Shown: positions 23,474-32,686, numbered from the stretch's first letter. The stretch: DNA of 64,000 nt from Candidatus Fermentibacterota bacterium (GCA_963845085.1 CAWJQI010000004.1:128001-192000); one strand, 5' to 3'. Translations and numbers: made by a program. The notes: generated by a model from the letters alone, not told the origin.

Positions 23474-24541
23474 TCAGAGCCAACCCTTTCTGCGGAACCA
23501 GAGCAGCATTCCGATGGCGATCAGCGCACAGAGCAGCAGAACCGCCGGATAGGCCCATGGATATGAAAGTTCCGGCATGCGTCTGAAGTTCATTCCGTAG
23601 ATGCCGGCAATGAATGTGAGCGGTATGAAGATGGTCGAGATTATCGTCAGGACCTTCATTACGCTGTTCGTACGGTTGCTCACGCTGGACAGGTACACGT
23701 CGAGGAGCCCCGAGGCCATGTCCCGGAAGGACTCAACCGTGTCCATGATCTGTATGGTATGGTCGTGAAGGTCCCTGATAAAGGGCTGAGTCCCCGGTTT
23801 TACCAGTGCCAGTGCATCGCGCATCAGGATGGCAAGGCCGTCGCGCAGCGGCCATACCGCCCTTCTCAGAAGGATCAGCTCACGCTTGAGCCTGTGGATC
23901 ATGTTTGCGACTTCCTGGCCCGCGTGATCCGTGACCTGATCCTCTATGGCGTCGACGTCCTCCCCCATCTTCTCCAGTGCAAGGAAGTAATTGTCGATGA
24001 CCGCGTCCATCAGGGCATAGGCGAGGTAATCGGCGCCCTGTTTCCTGATCAGACCCTTGCCGGAGCGTATCCTTTCCCTCACCGGATCGAACACGTCCCC
24101 CTCTTTCTCCTGGAAGGTGATCACCACGCTGTCCGCAAGGATGATGCTGACCTGTTCGATGTCCAGTTCCCCGATTTTCTCATCATATCTTATCATTTTG
24201 ACCACCATATAGATGTGGTCATCGTAAACTTCCACCTTGGGACGCTGGCTGGTATGGAGAATGTCCTCCTGGACCAGGGGATGCACCCCGTAACCACTGC
24301 ACAGCTTCGCCACGAGATCGGTGTCGGACAACCCCGTGACATTCAGCCATTTCACCCTGGGTGATTCTTTGCGGAGCATGGCTGTTTCGACTGAAACCGA
24401 GCCTGTCTCGGTGACTCCGGTTCCGTCGAATTCGATCAGTTCGAGGCTGACTGCCGATGCGTGTTTCTCTCCGACATGTATGAGCGTTCCCGGTGCCTTG
24501 CCCGATTTAAGGCTGTGCCCCCTGGCGTAAAGACGGCTCAT
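23474..24541 (-). CDS. corA: Magnesium/cobalt transporter CorA
   Basis: HPLVQEDI...QRPKVE, YGMNF, MPEL, two C-terminal TM helices; start placed at ATG 24541. Confidence 0.97.
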   Translation of the reverse strand: MSRLYARGHSLKSGKAPGTLIHVGEKHASAVSLELIEFDGTGVTETGSVSVETAMLRKESPRVKWLNVTGLSDTDLVAKLCSGYGVHPLVQEDILHTSQRPKVEVYDDHIYMVVKMIRYDEKIGELDIEQVSIILADSVVITFQEKEGDVFDPVRERIRSGKGLIRKQGADYLAYALMDAVIDNYFLALEKMGEDVDAIEDQVTDHAGQEVANMIHRLKRELILLRRAVWPLRDGLAILMRDALALVKPGTQPFIRDLHDHTIQIMDTVESFRDMASGLLDVYLSSVSNRTNSVMKVLTIISTIFIPLTFIAGIYGMNFRRMPELSYPWAYPAVLLLCALIAIGMLLWFRRKGWL

Positions 24542-24545
24542 GCGA

Positions 24546-24645
24546 TCCCCTTTCCGCAATCTTCCATATTCGCGGAAGATGGGGAAGAATCGACCCGCAC
24601 GCCAGTGCGACACCCGCTTCTTGCGTGAAGCGGGCGGTTGCGGGT
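24546..24645 (-). promoter_or_regulatory. Structured corA leader: two stem-loops, one pairing the SD
   Basis: Inverted repeats 24546-50/24581-85, 24559-65/24574-80, 24593-99/24639-45 and 24613-20/24627-34. Confidence 0.4.
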
Positions 24646-24661
24646 TCAGGGGGGGATTCAG

Positions 24662-25771
24662 CTACTCGGCGGGATGGGGATAATCAATGATGTACAGCTT
24701 CTGCCACTCCACGGGATTCAACGGGTATGCCACGACGGCATCGGGTCCGAAACAATAGTCCCACACGGTGCCGTCCATCGCGGGCATGTTCACTGTGAAC
24801 AGCTGGTTTCCATCGTAGTCATACACGTCGAACACGGGTTCGGCCACTGTCCCCCGGCGAATCCAGAGACGCTCCATGCCGTCGGTTTCGACCTCTGCGA
24901 TCGCATCACGGCATGGGTCGGGCGTGAAGCTGATAACGACTCCCGACGCTCCAACGCTTGAGAGATACCCTTCGATCCACTCCTTCTCCTCCTGGATCTC
25001 TTCGGGTGTCTTGTTCACCGGGGGGCATTCCCTCTCGATGGTGAGAAACCTCTCACCCCCGGCTCTGAAACCCTCCACAATGTAGTCGGGGGAAAGGTGC
25101 GCGAGAAAAACGTTCCCCTGCCTGTCCGCTGTGAACACAAACCCGTAGAGGCTGTTTCTGAGCATGTGGGTTATGTCCGTCGGATCAAACGGGAAAGAGT
25201 TTTCCCAGTAGATGACGGAAGGCTCTTCGTCCCCCTCTTCGTACCTGCCGATCAGAACGCGGCATTCCAATTCGTCGCCAACCTCCTGCACCGAGAATCG
25301 AATCGCAATGAAAGCGCTTCCGTCAGCGCCACGCAGCTGCATCGGGGGGTTGTTCAGAAATGGGGTCACGAGGCCCAGCCACTCACCATCCATTGAGAAG
25401 GCATGCAAACCGCCGCTCCATGGAGAGCAGACCATAACCCTGCCGTCCTCGGTCACATACATGTCCAGCGGGTTCATGAGCTCACCAGGACCGCTCCCCC
25501 TTCGACCGAATGATCCGACAAATCCGCCGTCAGCCGAGTAGCGGCTGACCCGGCATGCCGCCCTGTCCAGCACCAGGATGTCACCCTCCATGTCAAAACA
25601 GGCTGACTGGATCCAGCCGAACACATAGCAGCTGTCTCCGATCTCGATCCCGATCGAATCCCTGAGAGTGGATTCGAGAATCGTTGGGGCGTTGTTCGAC
25701 GCATCCGTTCCAGGGTTGCCTGAACCGCAGGCGAGAAGCAACATGCAGGAAAGCAGCGCCATCTTTTTCAA
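24662..25771 (-). CDS. 6-bladed beta-propeller (NHL-like) lipoprotein
   Basis: Lipobox LLAC; FGRRGSGPGELMNP, DG.ERLWIRRG, FDVYDYDG motifs. Confidence 0.82.
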   Translation of the reverse strand: MKKMALLSCMLLLACGSGNPGTDASNNAPTILESTLRDSIGIEIGDSCYVFGWIQSACFDMEGDILVLDRAACRVSRYSADGGFVGSFGRRGSGPGELMNPLDMYVTEDGRVMVCSPWSGGLHAFSMDGEWLGLVTPFLNNPPMQLRGADGSAFIAIRFSVQEVGDELECRVLIGRYEEGDEEPSVIYWENSFPFDPTDITHMLRNSLYGFVFTADRQGNVFLAHLSPDYIVEGFRAGGERFLTIERECPPVNKTPEEIQEEKEWIEGYLSSVGASGVVISFTPDPCRDAIAEVETDGMERLWIRRGTVAEPVFDVYDYDGNQLFTVNMPAMDGTVWDYCFGPDAVVAYPLNPVEWQKLYIIDYPHPAE

Positions 25772-25842
25772 ACAGGGCCTCCTTCTCCGGTGTTCGGAAA
25801 ACGGACGGCCCTGTTCTGCCGAATGTTACACCGGCCCAGGCT

Positions 25843-26058
25843 TCAGCCCTTCCTCCGGGAAAGGTAGTTCGCCTTCACCCATGGCCAGTTGAGGGAGAGG
25901 TGCAAAAGCCCCAGCAGCAGCAGCAACATCCCTGCGATCGGATGCATGAGTTTGAAGTGCTCGTAAAAACTGAACCGGAGAAACCCGGTCGCACCCTGGT
26001 ACAGAAGGACGACGAACATGACGGGGTTCAGTGTCTTCAGCGCTTTCTGCCTGTTCAT
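25843..26058 (-). CDS. Small DUF4405-like membrane protein (two TM segments, two His)
   Basis: TG...HPIAG.......HLSLNW.W pattern; GGAGG SD upstream. Confidence 0.72.
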   Translation of the reverse strand: MNRQKALKTLNPVMFVVLLYQGATGFLRFSFYEHFKLMHPIAGMLLLLLGLLHLSLNWPWVKANYLSRRKG

Positions 26059-26142
26059 GGCATTCCCTCCGCTGGTTTTCCTTTACGGGCCGTTCTCATT
26101 ATATGTTGTACCGGCCAGAAGTATAAACGAAAAGGAGAAGAC

Positions 26143-26691
26143 ATGATAAGGAGACTCGTGGGCTTTCAGGCACTGCTTCTAATGGTGCTCCTTCCCTCAT
26201 GCACCAACGGTTCCCAGGGGCAGGCCGAGTCAGCCGGAGGCCCCGGCGAACCGGTCGTTTACACTGCCGACGGTGTAACTCTCACCATGCACCTGTACAC
26301 CGACTCGATCCATGTCATCCTTTCAGCCCCCACGACCGGATGGGTCTCAGTCGGTTTCGAGCCGTCCCAGGTCATGAAGGACGCCGATATCTACATCGGT
26401 TATGTTGAAAACGGGACCGTTCTTCTCCGCGATGACTTCGGCACTGGAAACACCTCCCACGCTCCCGACACGAGCCTCGGCGGAGCAAGCAGTTACACAG
26501 GGCTTTCCGGAACGGAGAGCGGGGGGGTCACCGAGATATCCTTCATGATCGCCCGCAACCCGGGTGATCCGTATGACAAGGTTCTGACGGCGGGCGGCAC
26601 CTACAAGGTGCTTGTCGGGTACGGACCCGACGACGCCGACGATTTTACAACATACCACAGCTGGGTCAAATCGGTCGATCTCACTCTCTGA
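26143..26691 (+). CDS. DOMON-domain lipoprotein
   Basis: AAAGGAG SD before ATG 26143; lipobox LPSC; GWVSVGF, MKDADIYIGYV, C-terminal YH. Confidence 0.85.
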   Translation: MIRRLVGFQALLLMVLLPSCTNGSQGQAESAGGPGEPVVYTADGVTLTMHLYTDSIHVILSAPTTGWVSVGFEPSQVMKDADIYIGYVENGTVLLRDDFGTGNTSHAPDTSLGGASSYTGLSGTESGGVTEISFMIARNPGDPYDKVLTAGGTYKVLVGYGPDDADDFTTYHSWVKSVDLTL

Positions 26692-26710
26692 ATAGCGACG
26701 GGAGGCGGTC

Positions 26711-28492
26711 TTGCACAGCAACCCGGGGCTTTTGGAAGAGCTTGAAGCAGGGCTTTCGGATACGTTCGGAGCCGACCGCATTGATCTGCTGAACAGACTT
26801 GCGGCCATGGTCACGGAGATGGACCCGGGACGAGGGGAGATATTCGCTCAGGAAGCGATGGAGCTCTCCCGAGCCTGTGGAAACAACAGCGGAGAGGCTG
26901 CAGCCAATTTCAGCCTGGGCGATGCGGCAAGGGTCCGGGGAGACTACCGCCGGGCGCTTGAGCATTACTCCATAGCGCTCGACATGTTCGGCGCCCTGGG
27001 GAACATGGTTCAGAAGGGGCGCTGCCTCAGGCGCCTGGGAGACATCCACTACTTCGTCACCAACCTTGATCTTTCCATCCGCTATTACCTCAAGGCCCTG
27101 CGAGTCTTCGAGAATCTCGTCGAAAGGAACGGCCCCCCCGAGGCGCTCCTTCAGACCGGACACCTCCTCTCAACGATAGGAAATGTTCTGAAGGAGTCCG
27201 GCGATCTCAACAGCGCGCTCGAGTACTATCACAGGTCGCACGCTGTGTACCTGAAGGAAGGCTTTTCCACTGGAGTTTCCGGCGTTCTTCACAACATCGG
27301 TGACGTACTGCAGGAAAAGGGGCATCTCAGGGAGGCCGACGAGGTCTACAGGAAGGTTCTCGCAGATGCACTTGCCTCTGATGACAACTACCTGGCTTCA
27401 CTTGCCCTTTGCAGCCTCGGGTCGGTGTGTGTCGCCACTTCCGAATACGAGGAGGCAGGAGCCTGCTTTCAGCAGTCGATGGCCCTTTCGGAAGCGCTGG
27501 GGCGCAAACGGGGCATTCTTACCTGCCTGGTCAAACAGGCCGAACTGAAACGTCTGCAGGGGCTCCATTCCGATGCTCTTGAAATCGCGCTTAGAGCTGA
27601 AGACCTTGCCCGGGACCTTAACGACCGTGCAGCCCAGGCCCGGATCCTTCAGGAGAAGGCGATGCTCCAGAGCCTGACCGGCGATCCTGGAGGCGCCTTC
27701 GCATCCCTCTGCTGCCAGCAGAAGCTGACCGATGAGGTGCTTGCCGAGAAAAGGGTCCGGCAGATCGATGTTCTCAGGCTGCGATATGAGACTGAGTCGA
27801 AGGAGCGGGAGATAGAGCGCCTGCGGAGAGACCGCTCCATCCAGAGACTGATGATCGCAGGAGCCGCAGCCGGACTTGTACTGGCAGGCATTTCACTTTC
27901 CTCCGTGTACCGCAGCGTCCGCCTGCGATCCAGGGTCAACCGCGAACTCAGCGCCAAGAACTGCGAGCTGGCAACTGCTTACTCAAAGGTCGAGGAGCTT
28001 TCGAGAACCGATGACCTGACAGGGCTTGCCAACCGGCGGGCCATGCTGGAGCGCCTCAGGAACGAGCAGGCAAGATTTGCCAGGACCGGACGGAGCTTCG
28101 GCCTCATTCTCGGTGACATCGATGACTTCAAATCATGGAACGACAAGTGCGGCCATGCCTGTGGAGACTATCTTCTCGCCGAGCTCTCGAGCAGGATGAA
28201 GAGCGCCGTCAGAGAGCAGGACCTGGTTGCCAGGTGGGGCGGAGAGGAATTCCTCTTCCTACTTCCGGACACCGACAGGGAAAGTGCGGTGAAGGTCGCC
28301 GAAAAGCTTCGTGCTATGCTGCTCGACAAACCGTTCTTATGGAAGGGGCACCGAATTGACATGACCATGACCTTCGGAGTCTGCGAAGGCGGCCGTGTAC
28401 CGATCGATGAGGCCCTTCGAATGGCCGACACAGCGCTTTACAAGGGAAAGCGACTCGGCAGGAACAAGGTGGAGACAGTAAAGTCAGGGTAG
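26711..28492 (+). CDS. TPR-repeat membrane diguanylate cyclase (GGDEF)
   Basis: TPR repeats, one TM, DDLTGLANRR, DIDDFK..ND..GH..GD, RxxD I-site (REQD) before RWGGEEF. Confidence 0.93.
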   Translation: MHSNPGLLEELEAGLSDTFGADRIDLLNRLAAMVTEMDPGRGEIFAQEAMELSRACGNNSGEAAANFSLGDAARVRGDYRRALEHYSIALDMFGALGNMVQKGRCLRRLGDIHYFVTNLDLSIRYYLKALRVFENLVERNGPPEALLQTGHLLSTIGNVLKESGDLNSALEYYHRSHAVYLKEGFSTGVSGVLHNIGDVLQEKGHLREADEVYRKVLADALASDDNYLASLALCSLGSVCVATSEYEEAGACFQQSMALSEALGRKRGILTCLVKQAELKRLQGLHSDALEIALRAEDLARDLNDRAAQARILQEKAMLQSLTGDPGGAFASLCCQQKLTDEVLAEKRVRQIDVLRLRYETESKEREIERLRRDRSIQRLMIAGAAAGLVLAGISLSSVYRSVRLRSRVNRELSAKNCELATAYSKVEELSRTDDLTGLANRRAMLERLRNEQARFARTGRSFGLILGDIDDFKSWNDKCGHACGDYLLAELSSRMKSAVREQDLVARWGGEEFLFLLPDTDRESAVKVAEKLRAMLLDKPFLWKGHRIDMTMTFGVCEGGRVPIDEALRMADTALYKGKRLGRNKVETVKSG

Positions 28493-28579
28493 CGCCGGAA
28501 GCGTTCGCTCGGCATATTACCAACAGGGTTGTGCATTTGCGCATGATCCAACTCCATCCGTTCAATCGGCCAGACGCCA

Positions 28580-29458
28580 GTGAAAGTGTGCACAATGTCA
28601 GTCGAATCAACCCTGAGCACCCCGAGGGTGTCATGGCGGTGCCGGTGTTCAACCCCTGTTTTCAGTGCTGTCTACAAGCTTCTGATGAAGGCCAGGGCAC
28701 CCGTGATCAGGCGCTGGTACGACCAGATGTCACGGATCGACCGGGATGCCGACATGACGCTGATGAACTACGGCTGGGCAGCCACCGACGATTCACATGT
28801 TCCGGTTACCCTCGATACGCGGGACGAGGTTAACCGTTACAGCATACAGCTCTACAACGAGGTCGCCGGTGCGGTCGACCTTGCGGGGAGAAGTGTTCTG
28901 GAAATCGGCAGTGGAAGGGGCGGTGGTGCCTCTTTCATAGCTCGGTACCTCAGTCCTCTGTCCATGACCGGTCTCGATTTCTCCCCGAAAGCGGTCGCGT
29001 TCTGCCGCAACCATTACAACGTGCCCGGCCTCAGTTTCCAGCAGGGAGACGCTGAGAATCTGCATTTCTCCCCCGAAACTTTCGATGCGGTCGTAAATAT
29101 CGAATCATCGCATTGCTACGGTTCCATTCCCGGCTTTCTGCGCGGGGTCCACCGGGTACTCAAGACGGGCGGGCATTTCCTGTACTCCGACTACTGCCCG
29201 GAAAGCCAGCTCGACATATTGAGGCACCAGATGAGTGAGACGGGCTTTTCCATTCTTGAGGAAACCGACATCAGTGAAAACGTGCTCAGGTCGCTGGAAC
29301 TCGATGACAGCAGAAAGCGCGCCCTGATACGCAAAAAGGTTCCGGGGGTTCTTCGGGGCTTCTTCAACGAGTTCGCAGGGCTTCAGGGAACCCGCTCATA
29401 CAACAGCGCCCTTCGCAAGGGCGAGAAGATCTACTTCAGGTTCGTGCTGGAGAAGTAG
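28580..29458 (+). CDS. Class I SAM-dependent methyltransferase (mycobacterial lipid O-methyltransferase-like); start uncertain
   Basis: MNYGW, RYSIQLY, VLEIGSGRGGG, GDAE.L.F...FDAVVNIESSHCY, RVLKTGG. Confidence 0.85.
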   Translation: MKVCTMSVESTLSTPRVSWRCRCSTPVFSAVYKLLMKARAPVIRRWYDQMSRIDRDADMTLMNYGWAATDDSHVPVTLDTRDEVNRYSIQLYNEVAGAVDLAGRSVLEIGSGRGGGASFIARYLSPLSMTGLDFSPKAVAFCRNHYNVPGLSFQQGDAENLHFSPETFDAVVNIESSHCYGSIPGFLRGVHRVLKTGGHFLYSDYCPESQLDILRHQMSETGFSILEETDISENVLRSLELDDSRKRALIRKKVPGVLRGFFNEFAGLQGTRSYNSALRKGEKIYFRFVLEK

Positions 29459-29529
29459 CTCGGCAAAAGTCCTTCCCGTCCCCTCATGTCCGGGATATAG
29501 TAAGCCTTGTTTTCCGGGGGGGGATTTAT

Positions 29530-30225
29530 TTGGCCGGTTCCATTTACACGTGCGGCAGGTGTGGAAGGGTTCTTCCCGGACCATCCTCGGGTTGTCCGTT
29601 CTGCGGAGTGTCGTTCAGTGGCATACACTGCTGCAACTGCGGATACAACGGCTCGAAGTCGGATTTTGCCGGAGATGTCTGCCCCAAGTGCCGCAGGAAT
29701 CCCTACACGGGGGCAGTCACACGGCGGCCGGGGCAGGGAGTTCACGGCAAGCCCGGCGAACCCCGCAACGACAAGAATGCAATCGGTTGCTCAATGGCCA
29801 CAGGCGTTGCTTTTCTTGCAGTCGGGATCCTCACGAACGCTTCAGCAGGCTGTCGTTCAGTGTCAATACTTGCAGGCATTTTTCTGTTGTTCGTGCCCCT
29901 GGGCATGAAGTTTCTCGGGGGCACACGGAAAGAATCAGTGCCCGCAGGTTCTCAGTCCCGCAAGCCTGACGCCATGCCGGTTCCCTGTCCCGAACCGGTC
30001 GACCCCTGCCCGTACCCGGCCTTCCCAAGAAGCGGATGGCTGGACCCGGCAGCAGGGGGATTCTTCGTCCCCCACGGCTGGAGCTACGATGAAGGGCTAA
30101 AGAGGGCCAACTCCGGTGTGACGAAATTCATAATATCCGGCGACATGAACGGCACCATGACCTACGCGCATTTCGAGAAGTCCGGCGGCAACTGGACGAC
30201 CCGCATCGATGACTATCTTCCCTGA
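29530..30225 (+). CDS. Hypothetical double zinc-ribbon membrane protein
   Basis: Four CxxC pairs at the N-terminus, two hydrophobic segments; TTG start. Confidence 0.6.
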   Translation: MAGSIYTCGRCGRVLPGPSSGCPFCGVSFSGIHCCNCGYNGSKSDFAGDVCPKCRRNPYTGAVTRRPGQGVHGKPGEPRNDKNAIGCSMATGVAFLAVGILTNASAGCRSVSILAGIFLLFVPLGMKFLGGTRKESVPAGSQSRKPDAMPVPCPEPVDPCPYPAFPRSGWLDPAAGGFFVPHGWSYDEGLKRANSGVTKFIISGDMNGTMTYAHFEKSGGNWTTRIDDYLP

Positions 30226-30277
30226 CTCAGTATTTGCAATGGGATTCAAATGCTGAATGCCCGAAAGGTTGCAGCGG

Positions 30278-30306
30278 TTGACAAGCTACGTATACATTTG
30301 TATACA
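30278..30306 (+). promoter_or_regulatory. Sigma70-like promoter with overlapping palindromic operator
   Basis: TTGACA-17 bp-TATACA; GTATACA-tt-TGTATAC at 30290-30305. Confidence 0.6.
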
Positions 30307-30332
30307 TCTCCCACTCCAACAGAAAGGCATCA

Positions 30333-30671
30333 ATGAGCAAAATCGCTTACTGCGGTCTGGATTGCGAAGGCTGCCCGGCCTTCGTGGCCCATCTCACGAA
30401 CGACCAGGCCCTGCGGGAGAGAACCGCTGCGGAATGGTCCAAAGCCTACGATGCAAACATTCTGCCTGACGGAATCGACTGCACGGGATGCATCAGCACG
30501 GGGGTCCAGTTCTCCTGGTGCAGCTCCGGCTGCCCTATCAGAAAATGTGTGACGGGCAGAGAGCTTTCCTCCTGCGGTGCGTGCGCCGACTACCCCTGCG
30601 ACAGCCTGGGCTTCATCATCAACCACTGCCCGGAAGCCAGGGAACGGCTGGATGCCGTCGGTAAAAACTAA
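30333..30671 (+). CDS. DUF3795 cysteine-rich protein
   Basis: AYCGLDC..CPAF, C.GC, CPIRKC, CG.C.DYPC. Confidence 0.88.
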   Translation: MSKIAYCGLDCEGCPAFVAHLTNDQALRERTAAEWSKAYDANILPDGIDCTGCISTGVQFSWCSSGCPIRKCVTGRELSSCGACADYPCDSLGFIINHCPEARERLDAVGKN

Positions 30672-31672
30672 AGCAACCTTATCCGCAGTACCTCGCCCGA
30701 CCCAATCAAAGCCCTGCGGGAGTACAATGTAACGCCGCCGTCCTGCTCTCTGCAGCCCGCGCAGAACAGGTACTCCCCGGGGCCGAGTTCAAGGCTGTCG
30801 AGTTTCATCGGATCGAACCCAAGCCAGTCCAGGGGAATGAAACCGCCTGTCACCGGGATGCTGACAGTTCCCATCCAGTCCCCAACCAGCGGCTCATCAG
30901 GGGGTTCGATGAATACCATCCCCGTTTCCACGATGCTTCCAGTGGTGAGCTCTCCCGTGGCCTCGCACACAGCGAGTGCAAGATCGGCGAATCCTTCCGG
31001 AACCGGCTCCCATGGAAGCGGCAAGGGTTCCCATCCTGCTCCCGCCAGCCAGACCTCAAGCCACCTTCGTCTAGCGCCGGACTCGCCCGAGAACCAGCCG
31101 TCGATCTGCCGCGATGCAATGCCAAGGGCCTTGAGGCTTGAACAAAGGATAACGGTGCATTCTGTGGGGGTGGCGATCCGCGCTCCCAGTGAGATGAGCG
31201 GCGGTTCAACGCCGCCCAGGTAACCCTGCTCCCGGATCTCGATGTTTTCCTCGAGCGAGTTTATTATGAACTGCGCTGCTTCAAGGGGATCAGTCCCTCC
31301 CCCGGGCAGCTGCGGGAGCCAGTACGAGCGCAGAGCGCTTCTGTAGGCCGTAACAGGTTCCTGGTCGATCCTGTAGGAAAGGATGCACGAGCGGAACAGG
31401 CTGTCCGGAAGCCCGCCCGCTTCGTAGAAGCTCTCCCGGGCGTCCAGCGCACCCTGAATGTGGTCAATCAGGGCTTCCTGCGTCATCTCAAGTCTGTCCA
31501 GCCTTGGAATGCTCTCGAAAAGGTATTCTGCGCACAGGAGCTGCTCGCCGGTGAACTCGCCCAGAGCCGTGTTCCACACTTCCCTGTTGCCGGGTGTATC
31601 AGCAAGCAGGCTGTCTCTCAACGCAGGCGTCAGACCCCCGGAAAGACCCATCAACAGAAGAAGAGCGCTCAT
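30668..31672 (-). CDS. Transglutaminase-like domain protein, catalytic residues degenerate
   Basis: LSYRIDQEP...YR, LKALGIASR, WLEVW; start placed at ATG 31672 overlapping the upstream stop. Confidence 0.72.
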   Translation of the reverse strand: MSALLLLMGLSGGLTPALRDSLLADTPGNREVWNTALGEFTGEQLLCAEYLFESIPRLDRLEMTQEALIDHIQGALDARESFYEAGGLPDSLFRSCILSYRIDQEPVTAYRSALRSYWLPQLPGGGTDPLEAAQFIINSLEENIEIREQGYLGGVEPPLISLGARIATPTECTVILCSSLKALGIASRQIDGWFSGESGARRRWLEVWLAGAGWEPLPLPWEPVPEGFADLALAVCEATGELTTGSIVETGMVFIEPPDEPLVGDWMGTVSIPVTGGFIPLDWLGFDPMKLDSLELGPGEYLFCAGCREQDGGVTLYSRRALIGSGEVLRIRLL

Positions 31673-32661
31673 CTCGCCGTCCTTGTGTTCATGTGCATCA
31701 CAGCGGGAAACCCTTCCGTTGTGCATGGAGTGAACCGGGTTGTCTCGCCGGGCACCACGTCGACCAGCGATGTGTTGACCGGCCAGCCCCATGTCAGAAG
31801 GTATGTCCCCTCACCGAGATCTACGGATCTGAGGGGGGCGGCAAGGCGAACGATACGCCTCGGAGCACCGTAGTTCGCCAGACAGACCCATACCTCGGTC
31901 GAATCGTCAGCGATTTCGAGCCTGCCGACAGCGGCATACGATTGTGTCACTGGAATGAAGGAAACCCCGGGCATATATTGAAGGGCGCCGGCGACCGAGT
32001 CGGGGGCGATGGCAACGATGAGAGCCGAGCTGCGGGCTCTCTCGGTGAACCAGTTCTCCTCGGGCAGCCGGCTTTCTGTACTCACCCTCTCAAGACATTT
32101 CCAGCCCTCATCGGTCCAGACTTCCGGCCATGCATGGTTGCCGTCAACTGTCAGCCACCACGGCGTATACGCCTGTCTGCAGGGAATACCGACGCTGCGG
32201 AGGGCGCACATGAAGAAGACCGTAAGCTCCTCGCACCGGCCTATCCCCGAACTCCATGTAACAAGCGGCGACTGGTCGCGCAGCTGTGTGTGCCTGTAAT
32301 CGGTGATCGAGTCGCTCCATGCGCTTACAAGGATGACCGCCTCCTCGATGTCGGTCACCCCCCTTACTACGGGCAGAACATGCTCCATGAACACCGGTCG
32401 CCACGCAGTGAGGGGTTCCTGGCTTACCCTCGCGGGAAGCACATACCGGAGGAAAACACTGTCGGGAATCTCGTCACCCCAGGGCAGCGAGTCCCGCGTC
32501 CAGAGAGCCAGCTCCGTGTTCTCGACAATCACGGACAGGTTGGGTTCCACTCCGTCTGCGGCCGGGGATCTCGACAGCAGGAACTCAACACATCCATCCG
32601 TTGAAAGCGCGGCGACAGCTGACAGCATCACAACGGAAACAGGCGGCAAGTTAAGCTCCAT
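31669..32661 (-). CDS. Transglutaminase-like (Cys-His) secreted protein
   Basis: FLRYVLPARV..EP, GRCEE, ALRSVGIPCR, GNHAWPEVW. Confidence 0.88.
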   Translation of the reverse strand: MELNLPPVSVVMLSAVAALSTDGCVEFLLSRSPAADGVEPNLSVIVENTELALWTRDSLPWGDEIPDSVFLRYVLPARVSQEPLTAWRPVFMEHVLPVVRGVTDIEEAVILVSAWSDSITDYRHTQLRDQSPLVTWSSGIGRCEELTVFFMCALRSVGIPCRQAYTPWWLTVDGNHAWPEVWTDEGWKCLERVSTESRLPEENWFTERARSSALIVAIAPDSVAGALQYMPGVSFIPVTQSYAAVGRLEIADDSTEVWVCLANYGAPRRIVRLAAPLRSVDLGEGTYLLTWGWPVNTSLVDVVPGETTRFTPCTTEGFPAVMHMNTRTAR

Positions 32662-32686
32662 TCAGTTGTTCCACGCACATAGAGAA

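Noticed and set aside
30257..30273. GAAA-tetraloop hairpin near a diguanylate cyclase, considered as a c-di-GMP riboswitch
   Set aside because: Lacks the other GEMM consensus elements and lies upstream of the predicted promoter
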